A DNA stretch of 62,170 nt, filler included, from Globobulimina sp. (Eukaryota): assembly GCA_003354225.1 (NCBI GenBank). It is 20 parts of 20 records of this genome, joined end to end, with 100 filler letters (N's around TTAATTAATTAA, not from the genome) between each part and the next. Parts side by side here need not be neighbours in the genome. Positions count along the whole stretch, not along the records: positions 1 to 3,016 come from PIVH01004009.1; positions 3,117 to 6,132 come from PIVH01004010.1; positions 6,233 to 9,248 come from PIVH01004011.1; positions 9,349 to 12,364 come from PIVH01004012.1; 16 more parts are not named here. One strand, written 5' to 3'. The notes beneath the pieces were generated by a model, which saw nothing but the letters and a program-made list of their open reading frames with translations, searched no databases and was not told the origin of the DNA. Positions 1-12,464 of this stretch are shown here, piece by piece. Positions within the stretch are counted from its first letter, which is position 1, and each line of letters begins with the position of its first letter. Both the position numbers and the translations under genes were made by a program.

Positions 1-1
1 T

Positions 2-2560
2 CTTCTTTACATTTATTGTTAATCCAAGATTTGTGAAACAATTTGCAATAACATTAGCATCAGTAACAATGTCAGATTGTTCGGAAACAGATTCTGCTTT
101 TTTCACATATGCTAAGTCATCTGCATAACCAATGCAGCAAGAGCCAGGAGACAAATTGAGTTGTAAAGCTGGCGCTGAGTAAGCATTGAAAAGCATAGGT
201 CCCAGCACTGAACCTTGTGGAACGCCTGAAATAACTTCACGTTTGGAAGACAGAGCCCCATTGACACGAACAAATTGTCTGCGCTCAGTGAGATAGGAAC
301 GAAGCCAGCGCAGGGCTCCAGATGGTATCATGTAGTTAGTTTCCAAAGAAGTGAGCAGACGACCAACAGGCACTTTATCAAATGCTTTGGAAAGATCGAA
401 GAATATCCCACATACTTTAGTAGTGCCAGAGCATTGATTGAAGTTATTAAGTATGCAGTATTCTAGCATTGCAATTGCATCTTCTGTAGATCGACAGCGC
501 CTGAATCCATATTGCAATTGTGGCAACTTGTCATCAATCATTGGTCCTAGATTTCTTGCAAAACATCGTTCAGCAATCTTCGAAATTATACATAGCAGGG
601 ACACTGGTCGATAATCAGCTGGATTTGACGAATTTTTGACCTTTGGTATGGGAGTTACAATGGCCAATTTCCATTCGGAAGGGACAATTCCTTCAGCAAA
701 TGAACGATTGATTAGAAGTGTGACAGACGAAGCAATTACAACTGAAGATTCACATAACATTCTGGCTGTAATGCCATCAGTTCCGTTCGATTTTGTAACA
801 TCTAACGAAGACAGTTGTTCACACACCCATTCTTCATCAGCTAACCATTCTGCATTAATATCAATACTGCCAGATTGCGGAATAGGGCCATCAATTCTGT
901 TGTAAACAGTGTCATATTGGTCAGCCAAAGCATTAGCTTTCTCTGCATCAGAAACTGCATTTCCATGTTCAGTGATGAGATCAGGCATAACACTATGGAT
1001 AGAACGCCCAGTGACACGTTTGATGGTTTTCCAGTATGAGGCTGAATCCTCACAATTCTCAAATTGTTCAGTAAAGAATTTTCTCTTCGCTTCTAAAATG
1101 GTTTTCTTCACTTTCTTTCGCAGTTGTTTGAACTTTGCAGCAGTTTGAGGTGTTTGAGTTGATCTCCATTGTCGAAATGCAGTGTCACGTTGTCGAATGA
1201 GTCTTTTGATGCATCGATTGAACCATGTTTTGCCAGCTCTCTTGACAGAAACAAGTTTCCTTTCAATATGACACTCTGCTGCTTGAAGAAAAAGCTTTTT
1301 CCAGATATTCCAAGCATCATCAACGCTTTCAGCAAGCATGACAGCCGAATTCAGATCAAGTTGGATCAAGCAATCACAGAAAGCTGTCCAGTCAGCAGAC
1401 CCATAAAGCCACGCTGAACGTTTCCCTTGTGGTATTGGACGGCATTGTGCAGTTGCATGACACCATATTTCTGCATGATAGTTTTCTATGGGAGCAGCCA
1501 AACCCCAAGGTAGCTGAGTGAATGAGAAAACTAAATCAATTGAACGATTTTGATGTGTAGGAACATCAACAAGTTGTTGGAGACCGAATGGTACAGTCAA
1601 TTGACTAACTTTATCAAGTTCTGTATGTGAATCCCAATTGAGGTCGCCCATCAAAATTAGCTCAGGTATTCGATCATCAAGACCAGACAAAAAGTTTGAG
1701 ATGGCATCAACAAATAAATCTTCATTTGATTGTGGTGGTCGATACACAGAGCTTAGTAATAATAAACCAGCCTGTGTCTTCATCTGAATAGTAATCAGTT
1801 CCACATCAGGTGTATGTCGAAGTTGAGTAGGGAAATAATCAGATTTACAATAGATTGCTACCCCACCACCATTTTCATTCCGATCACGTCTGAACAGAAC
1901 ATATCCAGGGATTTCAAAATTGTCCGTAATACTTGTGCCAAGTTTCGTTTCTTGTAGACAGAATGCAGCATAATCAAAGGACAAAATACGAGCATAAACA
2001 TCCAAAAACTTCCCTCTCAGTGAGTTAACATTAGCAGATCCAATAAGAATTTTGCCTTGAGGTGGGGTTTTCGGGTTAGGTGGTTCAGGTATGGGATCGT
2101 TTGTGTCAAAAGAGAAATTGAAACCAGAAAGTAGATTGGGAACATAGAGATCCACATCCGTACATTTTTCTGAACAATAATATAAACGTCTACCCTTTCT
2201 TGTCATGATTAAATCAGGTCCATTAAGTCCAGAACAAGTCGAGTGAACTTTAGCAAAACAGACAGAGCATGTGACAGGTCTTGCACGACCATCAAGACGA
2301 TTTTGGCAAACGTTACACATAGTGGAAGTAGGTCCAGGATTAGGCGAAATATCACCACATAATAGCAGCAAGAAAAAAGCATGAAAAGTGTCTTTTGAAG
2401 TGGAACGAATACGTCTTTTGTTCGCTTGACAAATAAATGAAGGGTCATAGGGTAATGAGGGAGACACCTCTGCCTTTGTCAATAAACGAGTCTCGCTAGG
2501 CACACAGATAACGTTATAGGCAGCAAAGACAATGAGCAAAATGAAAGAAAACCGGTCCAT
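2..2560 (-). mobile_element. Non-LTR retrotransposon ORF (CR1/L2-like): 2A-like motif, PHD finger, AP endonuclease and reverse transcriptase; 3' end cut by the window start
   Basis: Hand translation from the ATG at 2560; the frame appears open to the window edge, which would explain its absence from the ORF track. Motifs in order: LLLLCGDISPNPGP; PHD-like CNVC...CSVC...HSTC...C; APE motifs SANVNSL, CLQETKL, RRDRNENGGGVAIY, VYRPP, MGDLN; RT motifs YRPVSLL, QYGFR, FFDLSKAFD, GVPQGSVLGP, GYADD. Confidence 0.93.
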
Positions 2561-2801
2561 GATAATAAGAAAATAAGCAAAATTTTGAAATACCAAATTG
2601 AAATCAAAATAATGTTCAAACAGAAATACAAATCGGATATTAAAAAGCAGCACAATTAGGCGAATTAGTGGATATAAGTATCGAGGTATAAAATGCCAAA
2701 ATGAAGTCGAAAATAGCAAAACTTTAAATCAGTCGCGGAGAGGAGAGAAGAGCACAACACAGCGTCGATAGTTTTGATGAGAGTAGAGATGAGAGGAAAA
2801 G

Positions 2802-3016
2802 ATGAGAGCAAAAAGATGGATGATTGCAGGCCTGGCCATGGGGCTGGGATTGAGTACTCAGGCGGAGCTGACGCACCGCTACACGTTTAATGGTGACGCG
2901 ACGGATGCAGTGGGCACACTGAACGGTTTAATGACTACGAATAGCGTGCCGAATACCACTGAAGCGCCGCAATTCACGAATGATGTTCCGGCCGGCGCGG
3001 TAATGAATTTTGCGAA
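2802..3016 (+). CDS. Bacterial-type secreted protein N-terminus (LamG/PEP-CTERM-like style), partial
   Basis: GAGAGGAAAAG ribosome-binding site before the ATG; signal peptide MRAKRWMIAGLAMGLGLSTQA followed by ELTHRYTFNGDATDAVG; GC clearly higher than the rest of the contig. Confidence 0.55.
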
Positions 3017-3116
3017 NNNNNNNNNNNNNNNNNNNNNNNNNNNNNNNNNNNNNNNNNNNNTTAATTAATTAANNNNNNNNNNNNNNNNNNNNNNNNNNNN
3101 NNNNNNNNNNNNNNNN
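3017..3116. other. Artificial contig linker N-TTAATTAATTAA-N, the first of 19 (cores at 3061, 6177, 9293, 12409, 15524, 18639, 21753, 24867, 27981, 31095, 34209, 37322, 40435, 43548, 46660, 49771, 52882, 55993, 59104)
   Basis: Identical N-padded dodecamer with stops in all six frames, repeated about every 3.1 kb. Confidence 0.99.
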
Positions 3117-3551
3117 TTTTATGAATGTGATAAGTTACAAATTGGTGATTATATTGATCATAGAGACGAAACTGGACATTTCTTACTGGCGAAAATTATA
3201 AATTTAAATAAAAAAAAGAATTATATTCATATTCATTACGAAGGATGGGCCTCAAAATGGGATATTTGGGTTAATATAAAAAAATCATGCAATCTAAATA
3301 AAATTGCTAAGCCACGGTCAATTTCAAGGAAATCAAATACGCGATTTCTTGAACTGCAAATTGGTGATAATATTGATTTAAATCCAATACAAAGACATTC
3401 TGGATGGAGACAAGGAAAAATTAAAAAAATGGATAAATACTCCGGACAAATACAAGTTGAATACATTCAAAACAATGAAAAATATTTTTATTGGGCACAT
3501 CTAAATGACATAAATGAAATTGCACCATTTATGACAAAATCTTGTGATTAA
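3117..3551 (+). CDS. Tudor-knot/MBT-like domain protein, C-terminal part
   Basis: Hand translation from the contig edge: LQIGDYIDHRD...IHIHYEGWASKWDIWV...LQIGDNIDL...WRQGKI...stop at 3549-3551. Confidence 0.6.
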   Translation, partial: FYECDKLQIGDYIDHRDETGHFLLAKIINLNKKKNYIHIHYEGWASKWDIWVNIKKSCNLNKIAKPRSISRKSNTRFLELQIGDNIDLNPIQRHSGWRQGKIKKMDKYSGQIQVEYIQNNEKYFYWAHLNDINEIAPFMTKSCD

Positions 3552-3748
3552 TAAAATATTTTAAATCTAATGTTTTTTTAATTGTTTTATGTTTTTTTAA
3601 TTAAATTGTTTTATGTTTTTTGACAAACGTACTTTTGTGCGGATATAAATTTACTGTTTCTCAATTAAACGTTAATGCTCGATGACTAGAATAAATGATC
3701 AAGAAAAAATAGGCGTGTTGTGTCACGAAAAGTGAATTATTGTTTGGT

Positions 3749-4641
3749 TTACTGTAAAAATGTCAAAATAGGCTGAATTTTATTTGCTAAAACATCGCAA
3801 GATCCGAATGTTATGTCATATTTCAAATCTTGCCAACTAAATGTGTTTAACTTTAATGTCCGATTTTTTTTTAAGATGTCAACATATTGATTATCAGCAT
3901 CGGCATCGGCATCGGCATCGGCATCATTTTTATATTGCGATATGGAGGCAACAGAGGAATTTGATTGATACAATTTGTTTAATTCTTTAATTAATGTTGC
4001 TTTTATTGTAATAATTGTTGTTGTATTCGGTTGATCCATTTTGTTACAAATAACCAATATTTTTGGTAAAGGTAATATTGAATGAAATGATTTTAATGAT
4101 AATAATTGATATAACACTTTTGATGAATTATTGATGTTTTGTAAATCTGTGGAGTCAATCATGAATATCACATATTTCACATTTGAGCAATATTTGTTTA
4201 TTTGATATGACTGCGATGAATGGCCTGATAAATCTACAAATTCGTATTGTTTTGTAATTTCTTTCGGTTTTGCTACAAATGAAGCAACATTCTCTTGCAT
4301 TGATGATTGTGTCTCCTGATTTCTTCCATGCAATAACTTATAAACACATCATTATTATAAATATTAATATCAATAAATAAAAATAGAACTAAACTTTAAA
4401 AAATAACAAGGTTTTACCAGATCCACATGGTCCATAAATTAACACACGATTATATTTACTGCGTATTGTCCCTGACGATGATGATGACCTCAAATACCAG
4501 AATACACCTTTAATTTGTATGTTTATTGTTTATTTTGCATGATTTTTGAAATAACATTATCGGAATAAAAGCAATTAAATGTGTACCAACTAATATTACA
4601 GCGAATATAGTGACAACCACACTGATCACTGTAATAGCCAT
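3749..4641 (-). CDS. SRPRB: Signal recognition particle receptor beta subunit (SR-beta GTPase), multi-exon
   Basis: N-terminal TM segment MAITVISVVVTIFAVIL, P-loop GPCGSGKT in the next exon, then DLSGH, FMIDS and ICNKMD in ORF 3749-4333. Confidence 0.8.
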
Positions 4642-4724
4642 TGCCTTGAGCTGACCGACAGTATTATATAAAAGTTTTAAGTTAAAAACTATAATATTTA
4701 ATTTAAGCTAAGAGAGATTTTTGA

Positions 4725-5510
4725 TTATTTGCAACATTTCTTTTTTTGATCCTGCGGATCGTCGAATATTATTTTGGTCCCATTTGAATTTATCTCATCG
4801 TCTGACAACATTCCATTTGCAGTTTTTATTGCATATATAGACTGAGCAACATCATTAAACATTTCATTTATATTAATTGAAGCTTTCGCAGATGTTTTCC
4901 AAAGTTTTGCACCAATTTCTTGCGCATATTCTGATGCCTGTTTCATTAACTCCTTACTTTCTTTGCTGTTTGATTTGGATAAATCACATTTATTGGCTGC
5001 TAATATTAATACAATATCCTCTGATACGTCAATATGTTCTTGCAATTCTATATATTATTTTTCTTTTTCAATGAGTGAGTGCAAGGATAACAAAAATATA
5101 TTAATGCAGTACCTTTAACCCAGTTCTTAACAGATTGTAGCGATTTTGGCTCAGTACAATCAAAAACTAAAACAGCAGCATCGGCCCCTCTGTAATACAA
5201 TGATGCCATTGATGCAAATCTTTCCTGTCCGGCAGTGTCCCACATTTGTAATTTCAATTTGTGTGTTTTGCTCACCTGACTTAAAATTGTTACATAATAA
5301 TAATTAAATAATATCCTCTGAATAAATAATAATATTATAAACATACACAGTTTTTGCCATATAGGATGCACCGATTGTTGGTGTTGCCATTGTTGGGAAA
5401 TTCCCCGTCTTATATTTAATCACAAGGCATGTTTTACCAACACCTGCACTTCCTAAAAGGACTACTTTTGCATGTATTACTTCATCCTCCTCATCTCCAT
5501 AGTGAGCCAT
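4725..5510 (-). CDS. Rab GTPase of the Rab5/21/22 group, 3 exons
   Basis: GSAGVGKT, PTIGASY, WDTAGQERF, YYRGA, NKCD, TSAK and C-terminal CCK. GT-AG introns at 5280-5346 and 5048-5112 restore the frame. Confidence 0.92.
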
Positions 5511-6232
5511 GCAAATAACTAAAAAATGTTTTTTCTAGTCTTAGATCTTTTTAAATTAATATTTTTCTAATAGCAACACTCCCGACCCGTTGACTTGCAA
5601 TCAAAACAACAATGGGTTTTGAAAATCATTGGGCAAAATGGAAAAAACCAGGAAACTGGAACAAGGGTGTTCGGAGATGGTGTGTTTGTTGACTTAACTA
5701 TAAATAATAAAAAATAAATATAAATAATAAATTTATCAACAAGTCGTGTATGCGCATCTCGTCGTGGACTAATCAGAAAATACAACCTTTTTATGTGTCG
5801 TCGCTGTTTTAGAGAAAAGGCAAAAATGATTGGATTCCAAAAAGTTAATGCTATCCTTCAAACAAATCGCTGACACATAAAATTTAAACAAACAAAATAC
5901 AATACATATTGCAATGGAATGGAATGGAATGTAATGTGACTAATGATATTGGATATACATTTGAATAAATTGATAGTATGATTAAAATGTACAACAACGA
6001 AGTGAAAGATTCAAAATTTGTTTAAACTTTAAAATGATGACCCAAAATGAATTGCAAATTTTGCGAATTTGAGTCGATTTTAATATCCGTATCGTTAAAA
6101 CCAAATAAATCTTTTTTTTGTTCATTCAATGGNNNNNNNNNNNNNNNNNNNNNNNNNNNNNNNNNNNNNNNNNNNNTTAATTAATTAANNNNNNNNNNNN
6201 NNNNNNNNNNNNNNNNNNNNNNNNNNNNNNNN

Positions 6233-6693
6233 TGGTCAGGCCGCAAGTATCCGGCAATCCGCATCGATAATACGCGCCTTTGCTCCCTAAGCGCCTATCC
6301 CACCCAGCTATAATTGCCTGATTACAGGCCTTCTCAAAGGCTTCTTGGTCCACTACGATGTATGTGTTGGTCTCCCACGCCGCCCAAAAGGGAATGTGGT
6401 CGTTGTCGTCGCCCAAATGGTCGGGGTATCTGCGCCCGTCATAGGGCACTGTTATCGGCACTGTATACAAATATGTAGAAAGAAACGCATTATACAAATA
6501 CACATATATGAGCGCAGTGTGTAGGTACATACCAAGTTGATTGTCGTCGGTGATTTCTATGCCAACACTGTGTCAAAAACAAGTACAAAAGGTGGGGGTG
6601 GCAATGCAGTGCAATATGGAAGACATACGGTTTGAGTTTGGCGCGCGAACATTTCTTGCCAGCGTCGTTGCGCGCCCATCGCTGAACTAACAT
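6233..6693 (-). CDS. Hypothetical protein, probably spliced, partial
   Basis: Two overlapping minus-strand ORFs with higher GC and an apparent GT-AG intron between them; no family recognised. Confidence 0.35.
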
Positions 6694-7526
6694 GAACAGT
6701 TTCTCTGTGCAACAAAAGAGAATCTGAGAAATGATTTGTTTACATATTTGCTGCGGTACTTAACGAGATTCGTTTAATTGGAAATTGGGCGCTGTTCGCG
6801 GCGTGATACCGGCGGCGCGCACTTGATCTGTCAAGGCGGTGACCTGTGCTTTCAACTCGGCCATTTTGATGATGGCTTTGCGAAGTAATTGCACTCTCTC
6901 CGCCCGGTTATATACCAAATTTTCGCCCAATGAGTGGTATAATAATTCGTAATGAAGGTTGATTTCGACGCGACGGCAGGTTTCGCGCATATTCTTTTGG
7001 TTTCTGTGTATGATGTTTATTATTATTGGCGTTATATGACATCGGTAATTTTCGCAATTTTTGTCATTTTTGAGGGTGTTTTTGGGTTTGTGAAGAGGAG
7101 AATATTTTTTTTTGGCAAAGTGAATGTTTCGGAAATTTCTGGTTTTAAATGTGTAATGTTTGATGGTGTGGTATGTGACTATGTGGCGATGCACTCAACT
7201 TTTTAGCAGCGATTTCTTCTTTGGATAATGGCTCTGTTTTAAATGTTTTCATAAAGAATGGTGCATAAAATAAAACAGATTTCTGTGTAATTTTGGTGTC
7301 AAACATTTTACTCAACTTTTGGGTTTGCGTCCTTTGTTTGATTTTTTTTTCCTTCCTCTTTTGGGAGACCTGCCTGACATCGTCTATTGGTCTTATAATG
7401 ACAAAAAAAAAACAATTTCTAAAACTAGATTTGCAGCTAAAGTTGCAATGATACAAATAGCTTAAAAAACTAGTAAAGTTTTTGTTAATTTTGTATTTGC
7501 GTTCCATACATTTTTCCTCTCAAACC

Positions 7527-9035
7527 ATGGCAACGGTAAAGAATGATGAAAACACTAGCACTGAAGACAAAAAAGCTGACGATAAGAAAGGAGACAATGC
7601 AGCCAGCACCAAATCTAAACCATCAATTCAAGAAACGTTACAAGTTCAATTTACAACCAAGATTGCTGACAAATCATTACAATGCGATGACACAATCTAT
7701 GCATTGACATCCAGATTAAGACCAGCACCGTTATCTGAAGTCGTGAACCATGTATTAAATAAAACTAAAAAAGACTATGTTTCATTTGATTTTTTAATCC
7801 ACAATAACTACGTAAAAAAATCATTAGCCCAACATTTATCAGAGAATGAGATCTCATCTGAACAGACGATACAGATCGAATACATTGAAAAAACAATTGA
7901 ACCCTCAGCAAAATGCAGCAACCAACATCCAGACTGGGTGTCGTGTGTCGACGCGTTGAAAGCAAACTTATTTGTCACCGGCTGTTATGATGGCATTATA
8001 CGCGTTTGGAGACCCGACACAAAGCTCGGAAACGCGAATCACACCAAATTATTCAGTCAATGTCGGGGCCATATTGCTCCGATTAAGGGAATAACTGCGT
8101 TATATTCTGTGTTGTCGACGAGTAATATTTATTACTTTGCCAGTGTTGGTAAGGATCGTTCGGTGAAAGTATTTGGTTTAAATGAAACCACAAAGGACAT
8201 GAAACAGATTGGAAGTATAAATACCAAATCGTTGAATGGGTCGCATAGATTGAGCATAGAATGTTGTTCTGCTCCGTTTCCGTCAAAAGTGTTTGCCACT
8301 GGTTCGGCAGACCGAGATATTAAGATTTATCGACTAAAAAATAATGATATTGTGGAGTCTGAGGAGGATAAAGAAGGGCCACCGACAAAGAAACGGAAAT
8401 TAAATGACGATGAGGAGAAAGTGAGTAATTTTATAGATGAGGATGGCGATGATGCGATGAAAGGGAATGCGATTGAAAGTGGTTCAGTCTGTAATATAGC
8501 AACGTTGCGAGGACATCGTGACAGCGTCAAATGTATAGATTGGAGTACTCCGTATGCGCTATATTCAGGTTCATGGGATTGTAATATAAAACTATGGGAT
8601 GTTGATAAAGAAATTGATTTTTATACTTGGTGTACGCAGTCGGCAGTGACTTGTCTCAAATATTGGAGGGCACAAAATGTGCTAATCTCTGCGCATTCAA
8701 ATCAGAAAATTGCGATTTGGGATCCGAGGACAGATCGGAATTTATCCAATAAAACTATGAGTCAAATGACATTTCGATCCCATCGCTTACCGATTACAGG
8801 GATTGATGTGGATGGATCTGCGGGAAATGAAAGTAATGCAATAAAGAATAGTGATTTCCTGTTTATTTCGTCGAGTCACGATGGAAAGTTAAAAATATGG
8901 GACATTCGATCAAAATCACCATTGTATACAATTGACAAACATAAAGGAAAAGCGCTATGTGTTGGGTGGTATGGAAATACTATTGTTTCGGGAGGAAGTG
9001 ACTGCAAATTACATGCTTTGAAATGGAATAAATGA
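7527..9035 (+). CDS. WDR12: Ribosome biogenesis protein WDR12/Ytm1 (NLE domain plus WD40)
   Basis: NLE-like LQVQFTT...LSEVVNHVL...FDFLI...SSEQTIQIEY; HPDWVS, TGCYDG, GH...WD repeats; C-terminal IVSGGSDCKL. Confidence 0.9.
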   Translation: MATVKNDENTSTEDKKADDKKGDNAASTKSKPSIQETLQVQFTTKIADKSLQCDDTIYALTSRLRPAPLSEVVNHVLNKTKKDYVSFDFLIHNNYVKKSLAQHLSENEISSEQTIQIEYIEKTIEPSAKCSNQHPDWVSCVDALKANLFVTGCYDGIIRVWRPDTKLGNANHTKLFSQCRGHIAPIKGITALYSVLSTSNIYYFASVGKDRSVKVFGLNETTKDMKQIGSINTKSLNGSHRLSIECCSAPFPSKVFATGSADRDIKIYRLKNNDIVESEEDKEGPPTKKRKLNDDEEKVSNFIDEDGDDAMKGNAIESGSVCNIATLRGHRDSVKCIDWSTPYALYSGSWDCNIKLWDVDKEIDFYTWCTQSAVTCLKYWRAQNVLISAHSNQKIAIWDPRTDRNLSNKTMSQMTFRSHRLPITGIDVDGSAGNESNAIKNSDFLFISSSHDGKLKIWDIRSKSPLYTIDKHKGKALCVGWYGNTIVSGGSDCKLHALKWNK

Positions 9036-9833
9036 TTGATATATTTATACATCACACTTTGTATGTAAATAATATCATTTATTGATATTAATCCTTAATT
9101 GAGTTATTTTGACATTTTCTTTCTTGAGCTAGTTATTATTCGTGTTTCCCCAAAGCCAGGATACATTTCAAGTATTTCTTGTTCTTTATCAAAATAATTT
9201 GAATTAAATAATAAGGGTTTCTTAATATATTTTGGCGGATTGGCATCANNNNNNNNNNNNNNNNNNNNNNNNNNNNNNNNNNNNNNNNNNNNTTAATTAA
9301 TTAANNNNNNNNNNNNNNNNNNNNNNNNNNNNNNNNNNNNNNNNNNNNTTGAAACAAGTTTCAAATTCCAATTTTTTGCGGAGCATAGTAAAATTCCCCT
9401 GTCTGTATATATGCAATAGATGGATCAACACCAATGCCATAATGTAATACTAGATTTTAATTTTTTTTGTTTATTGATATTATATACTGCTATAAAACCA
9501 TCATTTGTTTCGCACTCTATTATTATGTTCCAAATTAAGAGAATACTGCGAATTCGGAATCTATATTTATTGAATTTTGTAGTGAGTCATATTTAATGTG
9601 TTTGTCGCCGACTGTATCAACTTGTTAACGTATCATAATTTTGTTATTGGTTCAATTGTTGATCACTCGATCTGCCATAAATATTACATTGATATCACAA
9701 CATTGTGAATTGATTTGAAAACAAAATAATATTATCCTTACACTGTAGAGCCACTGAGAACAGATTAAAAAATATTGGAGAAACACTCATAAATTAAAAA
9801 ACAAAATACAACTAAAAGTATAATTTCCAGACA

Positions 9834-10870
9834 TTACATTTTTTGATATTCAGAACTACATAGTTTCGATCCACAAAAATAAATTGCAACAATTACAAAT
9901 GAAACTATTGCACCAAATAAATAATAATACGAATTAGTTTTATATGTATTATTAAGTAAAGAGATATTATCATAATCATATACCACATTATTTTTATTTT
10001 TTATCTTTTCTGCAAATGATTCCGTATCATCCAACATATACATTTGAAATAATTGATATTTAATATTATCTTCTTTCTCCATTTCTTTCTGCTCCATATA
10101 TTCCATAAAAACATGATCCTCCTCTTCCGATGAACTTATCCGCCACTTTGGACAAGAAATGCCATCATATTCATCCACAGAATCATCACTTAAACATTGC
10201 TCTGGTGATACTGAACAAGCTGAGCCCTCAAAACAAAGGAAATCTAATTCCAAACAACCGCCAGATTTACAGCTTAACGTACATTCCGCACCCGATTGAC
10301 ATAAAATATTTGCAGCGTAACCGGCGTCAACACCAAACATTTTAACATACATTGTATTGCTGTCTCCACTGTCGATCGTAGAGTATAACAATGCGTAATA
10401 TCCATATCCACGAACAGTTGGTACGCCAGAAATAAATGCGTTTACTGCACCATAATGGCCATATGAATATACTATATCTGCAGAATTGATATACGAATCC
10501 GAACATGATTCCACACCTTTTAAATAGCAATGGTTTCAAATTATAAATGTATAATGTATGGTCTATGCTATATATATATACCTTCGCAATATATTTTTGA
10601 TGATTGTAAAGTAGCGCTTTTGCATGAAGCTACAGATCGACATAAGGTTGAATCAGATGTATCAATCAGCGCAGAATGGCATGAATGTGCACCATCGCAA
10701 TGAACAGAATTGTCAGTTTGAATTGATGTGGAATGACATGATCCATATCCAAAGCAGTTTGCGTTATCAGTGATTGTTTGTGACTCACATTCAAAAGGAT
10801 AATCACAATCTGTGCTTGATACTAAATGCAAACCAAATGATAGTACTACAATTACTAAGAAAGTGGCCAT
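9834..10870 (-). CDS. Cys-rich type I membrane protein, spliced
   Basis: Signal peptide, repeated C-x-G-x-x-SC motifs, C-terminal TM segment and short tail ending YQKM; two ORFs separated by an intron-like AT-rich stretch. Confidence 0.65.
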
Positions 10871-10918
10871 GATGCTTTGCTTCAAACTGAAGTAGTATTA
10901 ACTGTTATTAATTTAAGC

Positions 10919-12052
10919 ATGGCATCTGTAGCTTCGGTTTTGTTTTACTGGTTGTTGTTATTGAAACTAACGATACCAATGTCATCGCGATCGCGATTAA
11001 AACCTTTGGATGGAACAATCAATGTATTTTTCCAGGAAGGTGATATAGTTCGTGTTGTTTTAAATGGCTATTTCTTCGGTACAATTGGTAGAGTCACAAC
11101 TAAAGCTGATGAATATAACGAATTTCGAGTGCAATTCAAACACAGTTCACTCGGATTCACTGCAACATCCATGCGTAAGAGTTGAGTGTTTATCATATAA
11201 ATCTTTATGAGACAGATAACACTTTCTGTCCAAAAATTAGTTCCAAAAATTGTCATTATTCCAATGCAAAACTACAACGAATTTGCTGCGGTCGAATCAA
11301 TTCAAAGTTTGCTGCAAATATCTCAATTAAACACGATGTTGTTACTACCCATTCAAAAAACAGAGTATATTTCAGATAAATTTTTCTATGCAAACGGATA
11401 TTTACGAGATAAGTCTGAAACATTTGCATCCGGCTCTGTGTTATTAGCGGTATTATTTGGTATACAGTCTGGAGAAATTGCGATGAATTCTCATTTGGAA
11501 ATTGATGTTAATTCACCGAAACTCATGAAACCATTCCGAGATTTTATCAGAAAATGTGATCCCTTGCTGTTATTACCTTTGATTTATGAAAGTAATCCAA
11601 ACGATGACACTGCAAACAATGCTCAATCACAAGTTATCATTGAAATGATTAATATCTATCATTTTTATCCATATCGGCCACATTTATTAGAAACAGAATT
11701 GGAATGGCAATCGAAAAATATTAAATTCATGTTGTTGTTCAACAGATTCATTTATAAATCCTTTGATTTAAAATCATTAATCGAAATTATCAAAAGTTTA
11801 TTAGCAGAAATATCATCCGATGAGGCGAATAATGTAAAGGAGAACATAAATAATATTGTTATGAATGTACAGAAATGCTCTGAATCTGCGTTGTATTGTA
11901 ATAATGTCATTATATACACATATGATGATTATGTGCAAAGAATATATAATGAAATGATCGGACATTATCGTAGTGCGATACTTGAAAATCCAACGGTTTC
12001 TGTTGGAGAATGGGTCTCTGAATATGTTGTTGTTCATTCAGCTATACACTAA
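10919..12052 (+). CDS. Hypothetical protein, probably spliced
   Basis: ORFs 10877-11185 and 11207-12052 are adjacent on the same strand. Confidence 0.5.
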
Positions 12053-12091
12053 CTCGAGTTTTTTTTTGTTTTGTTTTGGTTATTTAATATC

Positions 12092-12364
12092 ATGACACAG
12101 TCAAAATCAAATGAAATTGAGGAGGAAATAGATACAATTGAGGCTATTTTCGGCGAGGCTTTTGATCGATACCTTGAGAATGTATTCAATGTTAAACTAA
12201 GTTATTCCATAGACGTAATTGTGTCATTTGGATGTAAGGATTATCCAAAATGTAAACCAGAAGTATCAATGAAATACGATGATAAGCACAATTTAATGAA
12301 ATCAATTCAAAAAAAAGGTTTGCTGCAATATATTGGTAAACAAATTAAAAACAGTTCATTGGAT
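12092..12364 (+). CDS. RWD-domain protein, N-terminal part
   Basis: EEEIDTIEAIFG ... F..KDYPKCKP matches the RWD YPxxxP pattern. Confidence 0.65.
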
Positions 12365-12464
12365 NNNNNNNNNNNNNNNNNNNNNNNNNNNNNNNNNNNN
12401 NNNNNNNNTTAATTAATTAANNNNNNNNNNNNNNNNNNNNNNNNNNNNNNNNNNNNNNNNNNNN

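Noticed and set aside
275-1417. Several short plus-strand ORFs in contig 1
   Set aside because: They are antisense shadows of the long minus-strand APE-RT frame.
3895-3926. (GCATCG)n repeat
   Set aside because: It is a coding microsatellite (DADADA) in a loop of SR-beta.
5913-5931. (AATGG)n short array
   Set aside because: Fewer than four units in intergenic DNA; too short to call a satellite or telomere.
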